Numbered from the stretch's first letter, positions 48,833 through 58,966 are shown. The stretch is DNA of 64,000 bases from Alphaproteobacteria bacterium (GCA_024642465.1 JAHEBA010000006.1:117-64116), one strand, 5' to 3'. Numbers and translations: made by a program. The notes: generated from the sequence alone by a model not told the origin.

Positions 48833-49686
48833 TCGCTCACCGGCCCCACAGTATTGCGCAACCGGCCGACGCCCTCCACCAGCACGTCGACCACGTCACC
48901 TTCCTTGAGCGGTTGGGTGATGCCCGGCGTACCGGTATAGATCACGTCGCCCGGTTCCAGGGTGATGTACTTCGACACGGTGGCGATGATCTTTGCCGCC
49001 GAATGGATCATCTGCTTCGTCGAGCCCTGCTGGACGGTCTTGCCGTTGACCTGCGTCTCCAGTTTCAGGTTATCGATGGTGAGGCCCGGCACGATCCAGG
49101 GGCCCAGCGGCGCGAAGGTGTCTGAGCCCTTGGCCTTGAGCACGTCGAAGCCGCCGGAGCCGAAGCTGCGCTCGGTGATGTCGTTGCCGGCGGTGACGCC
49201 GAACACGTATTCAAGCGCCTGCGCTTCGGGCACCTTGCTGGCGCGCGCGCCCATGACGATGACGACCTCGCCTTCATAGTGCAGGTTCTTCGAACCCCTC
49301 GGCGGCACGATGGTGGCCTCGTGGGCGATCACCGAGGAGGGCAGCTTGGCGAAGAACTGCGGCTCGTCCGTCTTCTCGCCGCCATGGCTCTTGTAGTTGA
49401 GCGCGATGCCGATGACCTTGCTGGGCAGCACGGGGGCGAGAATCTTCACCTCTTCCAGCGGAATCACCCGGCCGGTGACCGTGGTCTCCTTGTCGAAGAA
49501 GCCGCCGGACAGTTCATGAATGCCGCCGGCCGACAGGTAGCCGTGAAAGACCTTGCCGTCGTGCTCGAAGCGGCCGAAGCGCAAGGGCGCATCATCGCCC
49601 TCGGTCACCTGTGCCTGGACAGGCAGGCTTGCCGCAAGCACAAGCAGGGCAAGGCCGCCGAGGGCGGATTTCAGCGCAGACAGCAT
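48829..49686 (-). CDS. Fumarylacetoacetate hydrolase family protein with N-terminal signal peptide
   Basis: PSKVIGIALNY, FAKLPSS, YEGEV, NDIT, KGSDTF.PLGP, GDVIYTGTPG. Confidence 0.88.
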   Translation of the reverse strand: MLSALKSALGGLALLVLAASLPVQAQVTEGDDAPLRFGRFEHDGKVFHGYLSAGGIHELSGGFFDKETTVTGRVIPLEEVKILAPVLPSKVIGIALNYKSHGGEKTDEPQFFAKLPSSVIAHEATIVPPRGSKNLHYEGEVVIVMGARASKVPEAQALEYVFGVTAGNDITERSFGSGGFDVLKAKGSDTFAPLGPWIVPGLTIDNLKLETQVNGKTVQQGSTKQMIHSAAKIIATVSKYITLEPGDVIYTGTPGITQPLKEGDVVDVLVEGVGRLRNTVGPVSE

Positions 49687-49701
49687 TTGCAAGGCTCCGT
49701 C

Positions 49702-50865
49702 TCAGATCAGCGGCTGGGTGTTGGTCACCGTCGCCCAGAACAGTAGACCGCCAACGCAGGCAATGAAAAGCCCGCCGGCCAGCTTCAGGCCAAAGGCGGT
49801 GCGGTCGAGCCAGACCGAGTCGCGTCCGGCGAATTTCAAGGCAAGGTCTCGTGATTTCACCGCCAGCACGGCAATCGCCGATACGGTGATCGCGGTCCCA
49901 AGCGCCATGACCAGTGTTGCCGCCACCCCGGCCCAGTAGAGCCCCAGCGCCGAGGAGAACAGCAGCACCAGGATGCCGCCGGTGCACGGACGAATGCCGA
50001 CGGCGAAGGCGATGCTTGCGGCCTTCCACAGCGATACGGGTTCGTTCAGTTCGGCCGCAGACGGCATGTGTGCATGGCCGCAGCCGCAGTCCGCCCCGTG
50101 CTCATGATCGTGCCCGTGATCGTGGTGGTGATGGGCATGATCATGAGCCTGATGATGGTGACCGTGATGGTGATGATGGCCGTGATCGTGATGATCGTGA
50201 TGGTGATGATGGTCATGCACGCCGTGACCTGCCAGCGCTGGAACTGGAGCAAGCCGTGGCCGCACGGCCTGCCAGACCAGCCACAGGCCGGTCAGCCCGA
50301 TCAGGGCGAAGCTTGCCGCCTCCAGCCCCAGCGCCATGGACTTCGCCGTTCTGGCCGCGGCGCTCACCGTCAGCAGCAGGGCCGAGACCAGCACGATTGC
50401 CGTCAGCGCCTGCACGCCCGCCGCCATGAACGAGATCAGCACGCCGCGCCTGAGCTGGCGCTCGTTGGCCAGCAGCCAGGCGGAAACGACGGCCTTGCCG
50501 TGGCCGGGGCCAGCGGCGTGCAACACGCCATAGATGAAACTGAGCAGCATCAGCGTCCAGGCGGCGGTCCACGCGGAGCCCCGCTTCATGGCTGCGAGCG
50601 CGGCCGACATCTTGCCGTAGAAGTCGCGCTGGCGGGCCTGGATCCAGCCTTTCGGATCGGCGGTGAAGGCAGGCCCCGCATCGGCAGCACTGTCGCTGGC
50701 GGCCTTGCGCCGCTGCAGCAGCAACTGCCCGGGTTTGACCTGGCCCGGTTCAGCCTGTTCGGCCTGTTGCTGCTGGGCATGAGCGATGGTTCCGGCCGGT
50801 GAAAGGCCGATCAGCATCAGCATGCCAAGGCAGGCAACGACGATGAGGGTGCGCAGCAACAGCAC
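49702..50865 (-). CDS. Nickel/cobalt transporter (NicO/RcnA-like) with His-rich loop
   Basis: YGVLHAAGPGHGK, long His tract, CGCGHAH, GIRPC. Confidence 0.88.
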   Translation of the reverse strand: MLLLRTLIVVACLGMLMLIGLSPAGTIAHAQQQQAEQAEPGQVKPGQLLLQRRKAASDSAADAGPAFTADPKGWIQARQRDFYGKMSAALAAMKRGSAWTAAWTLMLLSFIYGVLHAAGPGHGKAVVSAWLLANERQLRRGVLISFMAAGVQALTAIVLVSALLLTVSAAARTAKSMALGLEAASFALIGLTGLWLVWQAVRPRLAPVPALAGHGVHDHHHHHDHHDHGHHHHHGHHHQAHDHAHHHHDHGHDHEHGADCGCGHAHMPSAAELNEPVSLWKAASIAFAVGIRPCTGGILVLLFSSALGLYWAGVAATLVMALGTAITVSAIAVLAVKSRDLALKFAGRDSVWLDRTAFGLKLAGGLFIACVGGLLFWATVTNTQPLI

Positions 50866-50875
50866 GGGACCGGGC

Positions 50876-51565
50876 TCAGCTTGCCTGCGGCTTGCAGGTC
50901 ACGTTCACCGGCTGGGCGAACAGCCAACCGAAATCGGTGGGTTGCTCAGGCTGCCAGTCTGGCGGCTTCTGGGCAAGCATTTCCTTTGTCTGCTGGACCT
51001 GTTCGTCAAATGCCACCGTGCCGATCGATATGGTGCAGTTCTCCGGCAGAGGGCCGATGGCGGCCACCGCATTTTCCTTCACGAAATCGTAGGCGATGAA
51101 GAAATCCGGGTCGTAGATGCTGTAGGTGAACTCGGCGGCAGTGAGGTCTACCGGTTCGGCGAACGGCACCACGAAGATCATGTGCAGACGGCCTTCGTCA
51201 TTGATGCGGTGGCCATATTCGGTGACGTCGGCATAGGCGATGTCCTTGCCGCCGGTCTTTGCCTGAACGAAGTAGCGGAATTCCTTCAGCGCGTTGATGT
51301 TCTCGGTCGCCACCGGGTGAAGTTCGGCCGGGGTGTAGATGCCGTCGCCGTCGGCATCCATGCCTTCGGTTGCGGCCTCCGTGTAGCCGGTGTCGAAAAT
51401 CCACTCCACGTTGATGGCAACGGCGCGGCCCTGCTCGTCCAGCACCAGGTCGGAGCGCATGTCGGACCATACGTGCGGATGGGCCGACGCCGGTGCGGCG
51501 GCAAACTGGCTTGCGGCAACAATTGCCAGCGGCATGGTAAAAAGCTTGGTCAGGTATCTCGTCAT
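50876..51565 (-). CDS. Periplasmic DUF1007-family protein
   Basis: Signal peptide then HPHVW; WIFD; YDPDFF; upstream of the Ni/Co transporter. Confidence 0.8.
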   Translation of the reverse strand: MTRYLTKLFTMPLAIVAASQFAAAPASAHPHVWSDMRSDLVLDEQGRAVAINVEWIFDTGYTEAATEGMDADGDGIYTPAELHPVATENINALKEFRYFVQAKTGGKDIAYADVTEYGHRINDEGRLHMIFVVPFAEPVDLTAAEFTYSIYDPDFFIAYDFVKENAVAAIGPLPENCTISIGTVAFDEQVQQTKEMLAQKPPDWQPEQPTDFGWLFAQPVNVTCKPQAS

Positions 51566-51793
51566 CTGGCCCGCCGGTGACTCCAGGTTGAAAATCAACC
51601 GATTCACTAGAAATGAAATCAAGCAATATCATGGAATCGCGTTGAATCGGGCTTAAGAATTGGTCAGTTTTCGGGCAAGCGCTTGCTGACGGGCATGTGA
51701 CACCGTGTGAACGGTCCAGACCTTGCCTTCGCGCCCGTGAAGCGCCACTTTCCGGATGCAACGCGCCAGCAGTATCCAGGGCTTATTGATCGA

Positions 51794-52567
51794 ATGGGTC
51801 TCGACGTTTCCATATGGGCGGCCTTCACCGCCGGGTTGCTCAGCTTCCTGAGCCCGTGCGTACTGCCGCTTGTGCCGCCCTACCTGTGCTTCATTGCCGG
51901 CACCTCACTTGAGGAACTGACCGGCAAGGAGGGCGTAAACCCGGCCATTCAGCGCAAGGCGCTGATCTCGTCGCTGCTGTTCGTTGCCGGTTTTTCGACC
52001 GTTTTCATTGCATTGGGCGCCTCGGCCAGCCTGATCGGACAATGGATGCGCGAGGCAACTGCCTGGGAGGTCTCCATTGGCGGCGTCAGCTTCCCGGTGC
52101 TGACCTCGATCGCCGGCATCATCATCATCATCATGGGGCTGCACTTCCTCGGCGCTTTCCGCATCGGTTTGCTGTCGAAGGAGGTCCGCTACCACCAGGA
52201 AAGCCGGCCGGTCGGGTTCATCGGTGCCTATGCCATCGGGCTCGCATTCGCGCTGGGCTGGACGCCATGCATCGGGCCGGTGCTGGCGGCGATCCTGTCG
52301 GTGGCCTCGCTGGAAGACAGCGTGCAGAAGGGAGCCGGCCTGCTGGCAGTCTACTCGGCGGGGCTCGGCCTGCCCTTCCTGCTGGCGGCAGTGGCGATGC
52401 CGCAGTTCCTCAAGTTCATGTCCGGGTTCCGCAAGCACCTGGGCACGGTGGAAAAGGTGATGGGCGGCCTGTTGGTGGTGACCGGCGTGATGTTTCTCTC
52501 AGGCACGTTTACCACCTTGTCCTACTGGATGCTGGAAACCTTTCCGGGGCTGGCCACACTGGGGTAG
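51794..52567 (+). CDS. ccdA: Cytochrome c biogenesis protein CcdA
   Basis: SFLSPCVLPLVP, GWTPCIGP. Confidence 0.9.
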   Translation: MGLDVSIWAAFTAGLLSFLSPCVLPLVPPYLCFIAGTSLEELTGKEGVNPAIQRKALISSLLFVAGFSTVFIALGASASLIGQWMREATAWEVSIGGVSFPVLTSIAGIIIIIMGLHFLGAFRIGLLSKEVRYHQESRPVGFIGAYAIGLAFALGWTPCIGPVLAAILSVASLEDSVQKGAGLLAVYSAGLGLPFLLAAVAMPQFLKFMSGFRKHLGTVEKVMGGLLVVTGVMFLSGTFTTLSYWMLETFPGLATLG

Positions 52568-52597
52568 ACTATCCGGCAACGGAGAGGATCAGCCCGC

Positions 52598-52855
52598 ATG
52601 AAAATCAAGATCAATATCGACTGCACCCCTGAAGAGGCCCGGACCTTCTTCGGTCTGCCGGACGTTCAACCCATGCAGCGTGCCATGATGGACCGCATGC
52701 AGGCGCAGATGGAAAAGCAGATGGAGCAGTTCGACCCGGCCGAACTGATGAAGATGTGGCTGACGCCCGGCATGGAAGGCTTCAGCCAGTTCCAGAAGGC
52801 CATGTGGAACGCCGCCACCGGCAGTGGCGGCGGCTCCGGCAGCAAGGACGATTGA
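52598..52855 (+). CDS. Small conserved protein, DUF6489-like
   Basis: MKIKINIDCTPEEARTFFGLPDV; GGAGAGG RBS. Confidence 0.8.
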   Translation: MKIKINIDCTPEEARTFFGLPDVQPMQRAMMDRMQAQMEKQMEQFDPAELMKMWLTPGMEGFSQFQKAMWNAATGSGGGSGSKDD

Positions 52856-52861
52856 GCGGCC

Positions 52862-53728
52862 TTACTTCGCTGCGATGACCTGACGCGCATGGCTGAAACT
52901 CGCACCATCGAGGCTGAGCGCCTGGCCCGTCGCTGAGCGCTCGGTCTGCGGCAGAATATCCAGCGACGGCCACAGGCCGGTCTCCAGACCATCCGCATAT
53001 CTGGCCGGCAGGCCATCCCGGCGGATGGCGGCGGCAGCGGTGTGCACATCAGGCTCAAGCGCATGGTGGCTGATGGTGATGCCGAACGATGACGGCGTCA
53101 GCACCGACACCCATACCCGCCGGGTGCCGTCATTGGCGGGTATGCCGAGCGCGCCGGAATTGTGCCAGCAACGCTCACCGATGAAGCGGGTGAAGGGAAT
53201 GCCGGTGTGACCGGCAATCACCAGGTCGGCGCCGGATGCATCCAGTTCAACCGCGAACTCCCCCTCCGGAAGCGATGCCCACATGAACCGGTTGGTTTGG
53301 CTGACCGAGCCATGCACCACGCGGGCGCGAAGCCCGGACATGCGGAAGGTCAGGTGAGACGGCAGGCCCGCCATCCAGGCCTTGCTGGCTGGCGACAGGG
53401 TGGCGGCGGCATGGGCGTACCAGCGCGCCGAGGCGACGTCGCAGGCCGAGCCTTCCTCGAAGCCGCAGCCACAGTCCTGTGCGCCGGCTGCGATCTGCTC
53501 TTCCACGTTGCCCTTGATGGCGTGCCAGCCACGCGAGGCGATGAACTGCGTGGCGGCTTCGGTGTCGGCGCAATAGGCCACGGCATCGCCGGTGTGGATG
53601 ACGTGGCTGTCGGCAATGCCCGCGCCTGCCTGGAACGCCGCGAGGGCTTCCAGTGCCTGCAGGTTGCCATAGGCGCCGCCGCAGATCAGGACGGGCCGGT
53701 CAAGGGCGCCGAGGTCAAGCGTGGTCAA
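52862..53728 (-). CDS. Calcineurin-like metallophosphoesterase-fold protein with CGCG..C cluster
   Basis: GGAYGN, TGD..AY, GNVE, HGS, GHTG, NSG; TTGA overlap with the NHase accessory gene stop. Confidence 0.75.
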   Translation of the reverse strand: MTTLDLGALDRPVLICGGAYGNLQALEALAAFQAGAGIADSHVIHTGDAVAYCADTEAATQFIASRGWHAIKGNVEEQIAAGAQDCGCGFEEGSACDVASARWYAHAAATLSPASKAWMAGLPSHLTFRMSGLRARVVHGSVSQTNRFMWASLPEGEFAVELDASGADLVIAGHTGIPFTRFIGERCWHNSGALGIPANDGTRRVWVSVLTPSSFGITISHHALEPDVHTAAAAIRRDGLPARYADGLETGLWPSLDILPQTERSATGQALSLDGASFSHARQVIAAK

Positions 53729-54096
53729 TGGGAATGCCCCTTCAGTTCGGCGCCCAGCTCGATCGGCTGGCCATGCGGCGTGGCATTCGCGGCACGCTCC
53801 CACGCGTCCTTGCGCTCAAGCCGCTCGGTCCGGCTCATGGCGCCCTTGGCCTCCACGATCTTCTCAAGCGCCGCCAGCCAGTGGCAGTAATATTTTTCAG
53901 CGGCATCGTCCGGCCCGGCGGCGGCTATTTCGGCGCCGAACACTTCGGCCCACTCGGTCCACGTGAACAGGCCCTGTTCATTGAGCTTCACCGTCATGGC
54001 GAAGGCCTGCGCCTGCCACGGCTCGGCAAACACCGGTTCATCGCCAGCATCGAGCGACAGGCCCGGCAGCCGTTTGAGGTCGTCAGGCAGCGGCAA
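53725..54096 (-). CDS. Nitrile hydratase accessory protein (P14K-like activator)
   Basis: PVFAEPWQAQAFA, FTWTEW, YY.HWL.ALE, TPHGQPI. Confidence 0.88.
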   Translation of the reverse strand: MPLPDDLKRLPGLSLDAGDEPVFAEPWQAQAFAMTVKLNEQGLFTWTEWAEVFGAEIAAAGPDDAAEKYYCHWLAALEKIVEAKGAMSRTERLERKDAWERAANATPHGQPIELGAELKGHSH

Positions 54097-54748
54097 GGTA
54101 ACTCTCCCACAAGTCGGCGTGCACGAAATCGCGGGGGTTGGCGTGTTCTCCCCAGACATCGCGGGCGGCAAAGCGCACGGTGTAGAGGTGTTGCGGATTT
54201 TCACCCTGCCCGTGGGCGTTGGTGTCCGGGAACACGTGACCGCCATGGTGCAGCACGATTTCGCCGGGACAGCCGCGCAGGTAGCGGGGCAGGCGGGTGT
54301 GGTGTATGGGGTTCATCCGGATGGCCGTCACCCGGTCGCCGATGGCGAACTTCGGCCCGTTTGCGATGTCGCGGCTCGCCGGCCCACCCCTGGACAGAAT
54401 GGCGGCCACTTCGTGGGCACGCACCGGCTCGCGGTGCAGGTCGCGCGGGGTGACTTCCTTGTGGCCGATGTGCACTTCGCCGGGCACCACGAGGCCTGCA
54501 TCGAGCATCAGCCTGATCAGCCCTTCGGTCCAGATCTGGTAGTAGCTGGACGCGAGGTATTTCGCCGGTCGAATGCTCTCGCGCGTATGTCGCGATTTGT
54601 CGATGTTCCACTGGCCGAGGAAGCCCATGGCCAGCGTCATGGCGAAGGCGCGCTTCTCCCACTCGTGATGGAAAACGGGTTCTTGGTCTTCGTCATGTTC
54701 GATGGGGCCGAAGCCATGCTGGCCGCCGAGGTCCTGTGCGCCGTTCAT
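54083..54748 (-). CDS. nthB: Nitrile hydratase beta subunit
   Basis: [32 protein letters not shown]. Confidence 0.95.
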   Translation of the reverse strand: MNGAQDLGGQHGFGPIEHDEDQEPVFHHEWEKRAFAMTLAMGFLGQWNIDKSRHTRESIRPAKYLASSYYQIWTEGLIRLMLDAGLVVPGEVHIGHKEVTPRDLHREPVRAHEVAAILSRGGPASRDIANGPKFAIGDRVTAIRMNPIHHTRLPRYLRGCPGEIVLHHGGHVFPDTNAHGQGENPQHLYTVRFAARDVWGEHANPRDFVHADLWESYLAAA

Positions 54749-55413
54749 GGCTTCACCTTTGCCGGATCGAGCGCCAGGCCGGTGCCGATCATCGAATTGC
54801 GCGTGACCAGGCTTGCAAGCCGCTCTTCAGGCCACCCTTCCGTGCCCTTTGGCCGCCGGGGGATGACGAGGTAGCGCACTTCGGCAGTGGAATCCCATAC
54901 CCTTACCGATGTCGTCTCGGGCAGGTAAACGCCGAACTCCTCCAGCACGCCGCGCGGATTGGCGACAGCGCGCGAGCGGTAGGGCGGCGACTTGTACCAC
55001 ACCGGCGGAAGGCCCAGCACCGGCCACGGGTAACAGGAGCAAAGCGTGCACACGACCATGTTGTGGGTGCCGGGCGTGTTCTCCAGCGCCACCATGTGCT
55101 CGCCCTGCCGGCCGATGAAGCTGAGGTCCGCAATGGCTGCGGTGGCGTCTTTGCGCAGCCAGTCCATGTATTCGGGATTTGCCCAGGCCTTGGCGACGAC
55201 CTTTGCGCCATTCCTCGGGCCGACGCGGGTTTCATAGGTCTCGATCAGTTCGTCCAGCGCGGCCGGGTCCACGTAGCCCTTTTCAACCAGCAGGCTTTCC
55301 AGCGCCCGCACCCTGAGCGCCGTTTCTGAAAGCTCGGAGTGCTCATGGTCATGGTCATGGTCATGATCGTGGTGATGGTGACCGGTGCCGTGATCGTGAT
55401 GGTCGTGGCCCAT
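54745..55413 (-). CDS. nthA: Cobalt-type nitrile hydratase alpha subunit with His-rich N-terminus
   Basis: VCTLCSCY (Thr/Tyr = Co-type), LGLPP.WYK, YRSRAV. Confidence 0.96.
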   Translation of the reverse strand: MGHDHHDHGTGHHHHDHDHDHDHEHSELSETALRVRALESLLVEKGYVDPAALDELIETYETRVGPRNGAKVVAKAWANPEYMDWLRKDATAAIADLSFIGRQGEHMVALENTPGTHNMVVCTLCSCYPWPVLGLPPVWYKSPPYRSRAVANPRGVLEEFGVYLPETTSVRVWDSTAEVRYLVIPRRPKGTEGWPEERLASLVTRNSMIGTGLALDPAKVKP

Positions 55414-55501
55414 GAAGCGGGGTTTCTCCTGTGCTGCGTTGCGGGCATAGTGCCGGTACGCCCTTGTGCAAACAATTCACAATCTCACGAGGATTTACAA
55501 C

Positions 55502-56185
55502 ATGAGCGGCAAAATGAACGGGGTGCGCGCCTGCGTGTTCGACGCTTATGGCACGCTGTTCAACGTGCATGCGCCGGTGGCCAGCATGGCCGGTCGCATC
55601 GGTCCGCAGGCTGACCAGGTATCCAGGCTGTGGCGGACGAAGCAGCTGGAATACACCTGGCTGCGATCACTGATGCAGGCGCATGCGCCGTTCTGGCAGG
55701 TGACGGGCGAGGCGCTCGACTATTCGCTGGCCGCGCACGGCATCGAGGACAAGGGTTTGCGGGACGAGTTGATGCAACTTTATTTGCATCTCGAGGCGTA
55801 TCCGGACGCGGTTGCCTGCCTCAAGGCGCTCAAGGCGGCGGGGTTCACCACCGGCATCCTGTCCAACGGTTCGCCGGACATGCTGTCGGCGGCGGTCAGG
55901 TCGGCCGGGCTCGAAGCCCATCTCGACCATGTCCTGTCGATTGAGGACGTTGGCATCTACAAGCCGGACCCGAGGGTCTATCAGCTGGCGGTGGACCGGA
56001 CAGGGGTGGGCGATGCGTCGGAAATCTGCTTCGTGTCGGCCAATACGTGGGATGCGCAAGCCGCCAAGTCGTTCGGCTTCCAGGTGGCGCGGATCAACCG
56101 GTTCGGTTTGCCGGATGACAACATCCCGGGCCGCCCGGACATGCTGCTCGACAGCCTGGAACAGCTGCCGGCGGCGGTCAGCTAA
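55502..56185 (+). CDS. Haloacid dehalogenase type II (L-2-HAD)
   Basis: FDAYGTL, WRTKQLEY, LSNG, YKP, VSANTWD. Confidence 0.9.
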   Translation: MSGKMNGVRACVFDAYGTLFNVHAPVASMAGRIGPQADQVSRLWRTKQLEYTWLRSLMQAHAPFWQVTGEALDYSLAAHGIEDKGLRDELMQLYLHLEAYPDAVACLKALKAAGFTTGILSNGSPDMLSAAVRSAGLEAHLDHVLSIEDVGIYKPDPRVYQLAVDRTGVGDASEICFVSANTWDAQAAKSFGFQVARINRFGLPDDNIPGRPDMLLDSLEQLPAAVS

Positions 56186-56200
56186 CCGCTGGCCAGCCGG

Positions 56201-56464
56201 CTACTTGATGGTGGCCTTACCGCCGGAAATCTCGACGTTTTCGCCGCCCGACAGGGCTTCGCGGTCGCCATTGGGCATGGTGACGAAGCAGCCGCCGGCG
56301 CACACGCTGACGCTCTGGCCGGGACCGATGCCGACCTCGGACTGTTGGCCGCCTTCGGTTACGGTGACCATGATGGCCGCGCCGTCCTTGTTGGTGATGG
56401 TGGCGGCGTGGGCAAGACCTGCGCTCAGGGCGAGGGCGGCGATTGCATAAACAACGGACTTCAT
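56201..56464 (-). CDS. Small secreted hypothetical protein
   Basis: Signal peptide ending AHA; beta-rich mature part with CAGGC. Confidence 0.75.
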   Translation of the reverse strand: MKSVVYAIAALALSAGLAHAATITNKDGAAIMVTVTEGGQQSEVGIGPGQSVSVCAGGCFVTMPNGDREALSGGENVEISGGKATIK

Positions 56465-56566
56465 CTTTTTCGTTTCCCTGCTGGGCGGCTCCCGGCCGCC
56501 CGATAAGTTCTATCTGAGTGCAGTTTCTCGCATGTTCAAGCTGAATGGTACATGAACGGCGAAAGT

Positions 56567-58966
56567 TCAGATCTTTGCAGCGGGACGGGAGCCGCCTTTG
56601 CGGGTCCGGGCGGCCTCGATGGCGTCGGCCAGTTTCTCGATGTCCTCGATCTTCAGGTTGACGTCGCGCTGCGGGAACGGGATCGGGATGTTCTCGCGCT
56701 CGAACGCCTCGACGATCTCGTAGCGCAGGTTGGTGGCAACCTCCACGCCATCCAGCACCTCCGGCACGTGGCAACGCAACTCGAAGTCCAGCGCACTGTC
56801 GCCGAAGCCGCGGAACACCACGGAAGGCGGCGGGGTCTTCAGGACGCGGGGCTCCTTGCTGGCGACCTCCAGCAGCAGTTCGTGTACGCGGCGCGGCTTG
56901 ATGCCGTAGGCGACGCCAACCGGTATCTCGATGCGGCCGCGGTGGTTGCGGTGATGCCAGTTGCCGACGGCGGAGTTGATGAGTTCCGAGTTCGGCAGGA
57001 TCACGGTCTGGCTCTGGAAGGTCTCGATCTCGGTGGCGCGCACTGAAATCTTGCGCACGAAGCCTGCCGTGTTGCCGGCAACGATCCAGTCGCCCACCTT
57101 GAACGGCCGCTCGGCGAGCAGTATCAGCCCGGAGACAAAGTTCGACACGATGTTCTGCAGGCCGAAACCGATGCCGAGTGACAGGGCGCCGGCGATGATG
57201 GCGAGACTGGACAGGTCAAATCCCGCCGCCGACAGGCCGATGACAGCGGCCAGCGCTATGCCGGTATAGCCGACGATGGTGCGGATGGAGTTTCGCACGC
57301 CCGGATCGACGCGGCTTCTGGCCATCACCGTGCCATCCAGCCAGCGCTGGAAGCGGCGGGTGACAAGGAAACCGACCACGAACACCACCAGACCAAACAG
57401 GATGCCGATCAGCGAGATGGAAATGTTGCCGATGCGGATGTCGGTCAGGATGCGGTAGAGCCAAGTCTGGATGTCGAGCTGGTTGAAGCCCCACTGCAGC
57501 AGGATCAGCGGCAGGCCGATGATGAACACGGCGGCGTAGACGACGAAACTCAACGCCAGGCCAAGCTGGTCGAGCGCGGTATCGGACAGCGAGAACGTCT
57601 GCTTCAGTCGAGTGCCGATGGTGGAGTGCGGGAACACGCCCTCGGCTGCCATCACCTGCCCTGCCTGCACGCCGATGAACATGGTAGCCAGGATCGCGCC
57701 GGTGACGACGACCTGCGCGGCGGCGAAACGGGCCAAGCCGATATAGCCCGACACCGCGGCGGCGATGATGAAGATGGCGATCAGCAGCAGCGGAATGCGT
57801 ATCCAGGCCGGCCAGCCATAGGCACGCCCGCTTTCGCCGTCGTGAAACGGCTTGACCAGTGCAATCATCACCAGCACCGCGGAGATCAGCAGCGACGAAA
57901 TCAGGCTCTTGGCCACGGTCAGGTTGAGCGGGGCGGAGAAGATTTCATTGCTGCGGCCGATGAAGTAATCGACCACGTGGATGACAGCCAGCGCAATCAG
58001 GAATGCGACGAGAACGCGCGCAGCCCGGTCCGACACCAGGATAAGCCGGCGTTCCGGATGACCCGGGCTCAGCAGCGCATTGGCGAGGCGCTGAATGAAG
58101 AAGATGGCCGCAACCGACACCAGCAGGGCTTCGGTCAGATCTCCGGTTTGCGGGGTGAACACGCCGAAATAATCGAACAGCGAGTAGGCCACGGCCAGCG
58201 CTGCCGCCATGGCGAGCGACGGGACGGTCGTCGACCAGAAGGCCAGCGACAGGCGGTTGATGTAAGAGTTGTCGACTGCGTCGCCACTGCCGGTTCTGCC
58301 GAAGGCGCCGAACATGCGGCGTACGCCAAACCACGTGGCAAGGCCGACGAACAATGAAAGGGTGAGTGCGTACAGCAATTCACTGGTGCGGAACGAGTAC
58401 ATGAACTGCACTCTGGAAGTTAGCTGCTGCGTGGCGCGGGTCAGTTCACGCGCAAAAGTTTCAAACACATCCCGCCCGAGTGCACCTTCCACGTCGGTGC
58501 TCTGGAACAGCGTGTTGGTGAACAGGTCCCGTCGCAGGTCGCCGATGCGGTCGATGGCGCGGCTGGCGCGGATCGACAGGCTTTCGGCTTCGCCGAGCAG
58601 GGCATTGTTCTGGGCCTTTTCCTCCAGAAGCGCCTTGCGCTCTTCACTCACTTCAACCGCTTCGGCAGGCTCGCCTTCCTTCGGCGGATCGCCAAGTGAG
58701 GTCAACCGCGCATTGATCTCGTTGATGCGCGGGCGCAACGATACGCCGAAGTCGATCAGCGATTTCGAGAACGTATCAAGACTGATGCGCAGCTTGACCA
58801 GCGCGGTGTCGTCCGTCGCCTTCTCGCCGATGGAGGTCTCGATGGTTCCAATCTGCTGGCCCAGGCCGTCAAGCTTTGCCTTCTGCTGGCTGACGTCGGC
58901 GGCCATCGCCATGACGGGCGCGAGCAGCAACAGCAGCACGGCGAGCAGTTTTCTAACGGTGGTCAT
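56567..58966 (-). CDS. MscS-family mechanosensitive channel with DUF3772-like periplasmic region
   Basis: GIGFGLQNIVSNFVSG, ERPFKVGD, PNS, IPFPQRD. Confidence 0.9.
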   Translation of the reverse strand: MTTVRKLLAVLLLLLAPVMAMAADVSQQKAKLDGLGQQIGTIETSIGEKATDDTALVKLRISLDTFSKSLIDFGVSLRPRINEINARLTSLGDPPKEGEPAEAVEVSEERKALLEEKAQNNALLGEAESLSIRASRAIDRIGDLRRDLFTNTLFQSTDVEGALGRDVFETFARELTRATQQLTSRVQFMYSFRTSELLYALTLSLFVGLATWFGVRRMFGAFGRTGSGDAVDNSYINRLSLAFWSTTVPSLAMAAALAVAYSLFDYFGVFTPQTGDLTEALLVSVAAIFFIQRLANALLSPGHPERRLILVSDRAARVLVAFLIALAVIHVVDYFIGRSNEIFSAPLNLTVAKSLISSLLISAVLVMIALVKPFHDGESGRAYGWPAWIRIPLLLIAIFIIAAAVSGYIGLARFAAAQVVVTGAILATMFIGVQAGQVMAAEGVFPHSTIGTRLKQTFSLSDTALDQLGLALSFVVYAAVFIIGLPLILLQWGFNQLDIQTWLYRILTDIRIGNISISLIGILFGLVVFVVGFLVTRRFQRWLDGTVMARSRVDPGVRNSIRTIVGYTGIALAAVIGLSAAGFDLSSLAIIAGALSLGIGFGLQNIVSNFVSGLILLAERPFKVGDWIVAGNTAGFVRKISVRATEIETFQSQTVILPNSELINSAVGNWHHRNHRGRIEIPVGVAYGIKPRRVHELLLEVASKEPRVLKTPPPSVVFRGFGDSALDFELRCHVPEVLDGVEVATNLRYEIVEAFERENIPIPFPQRDVNLKIEDIEKLADAIEAARTRKGGSRPAAKI

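Noticed and set aside
50085..50225. Tandem (TGA/TGG/TCG)n-like repeats here and at 55340-55410
   Set aside because: They encode poly-His tracts in the Ni/Co transporter and NthA; there is no repeat-spacer structure, so not CRISPR or a non-coding repeat.
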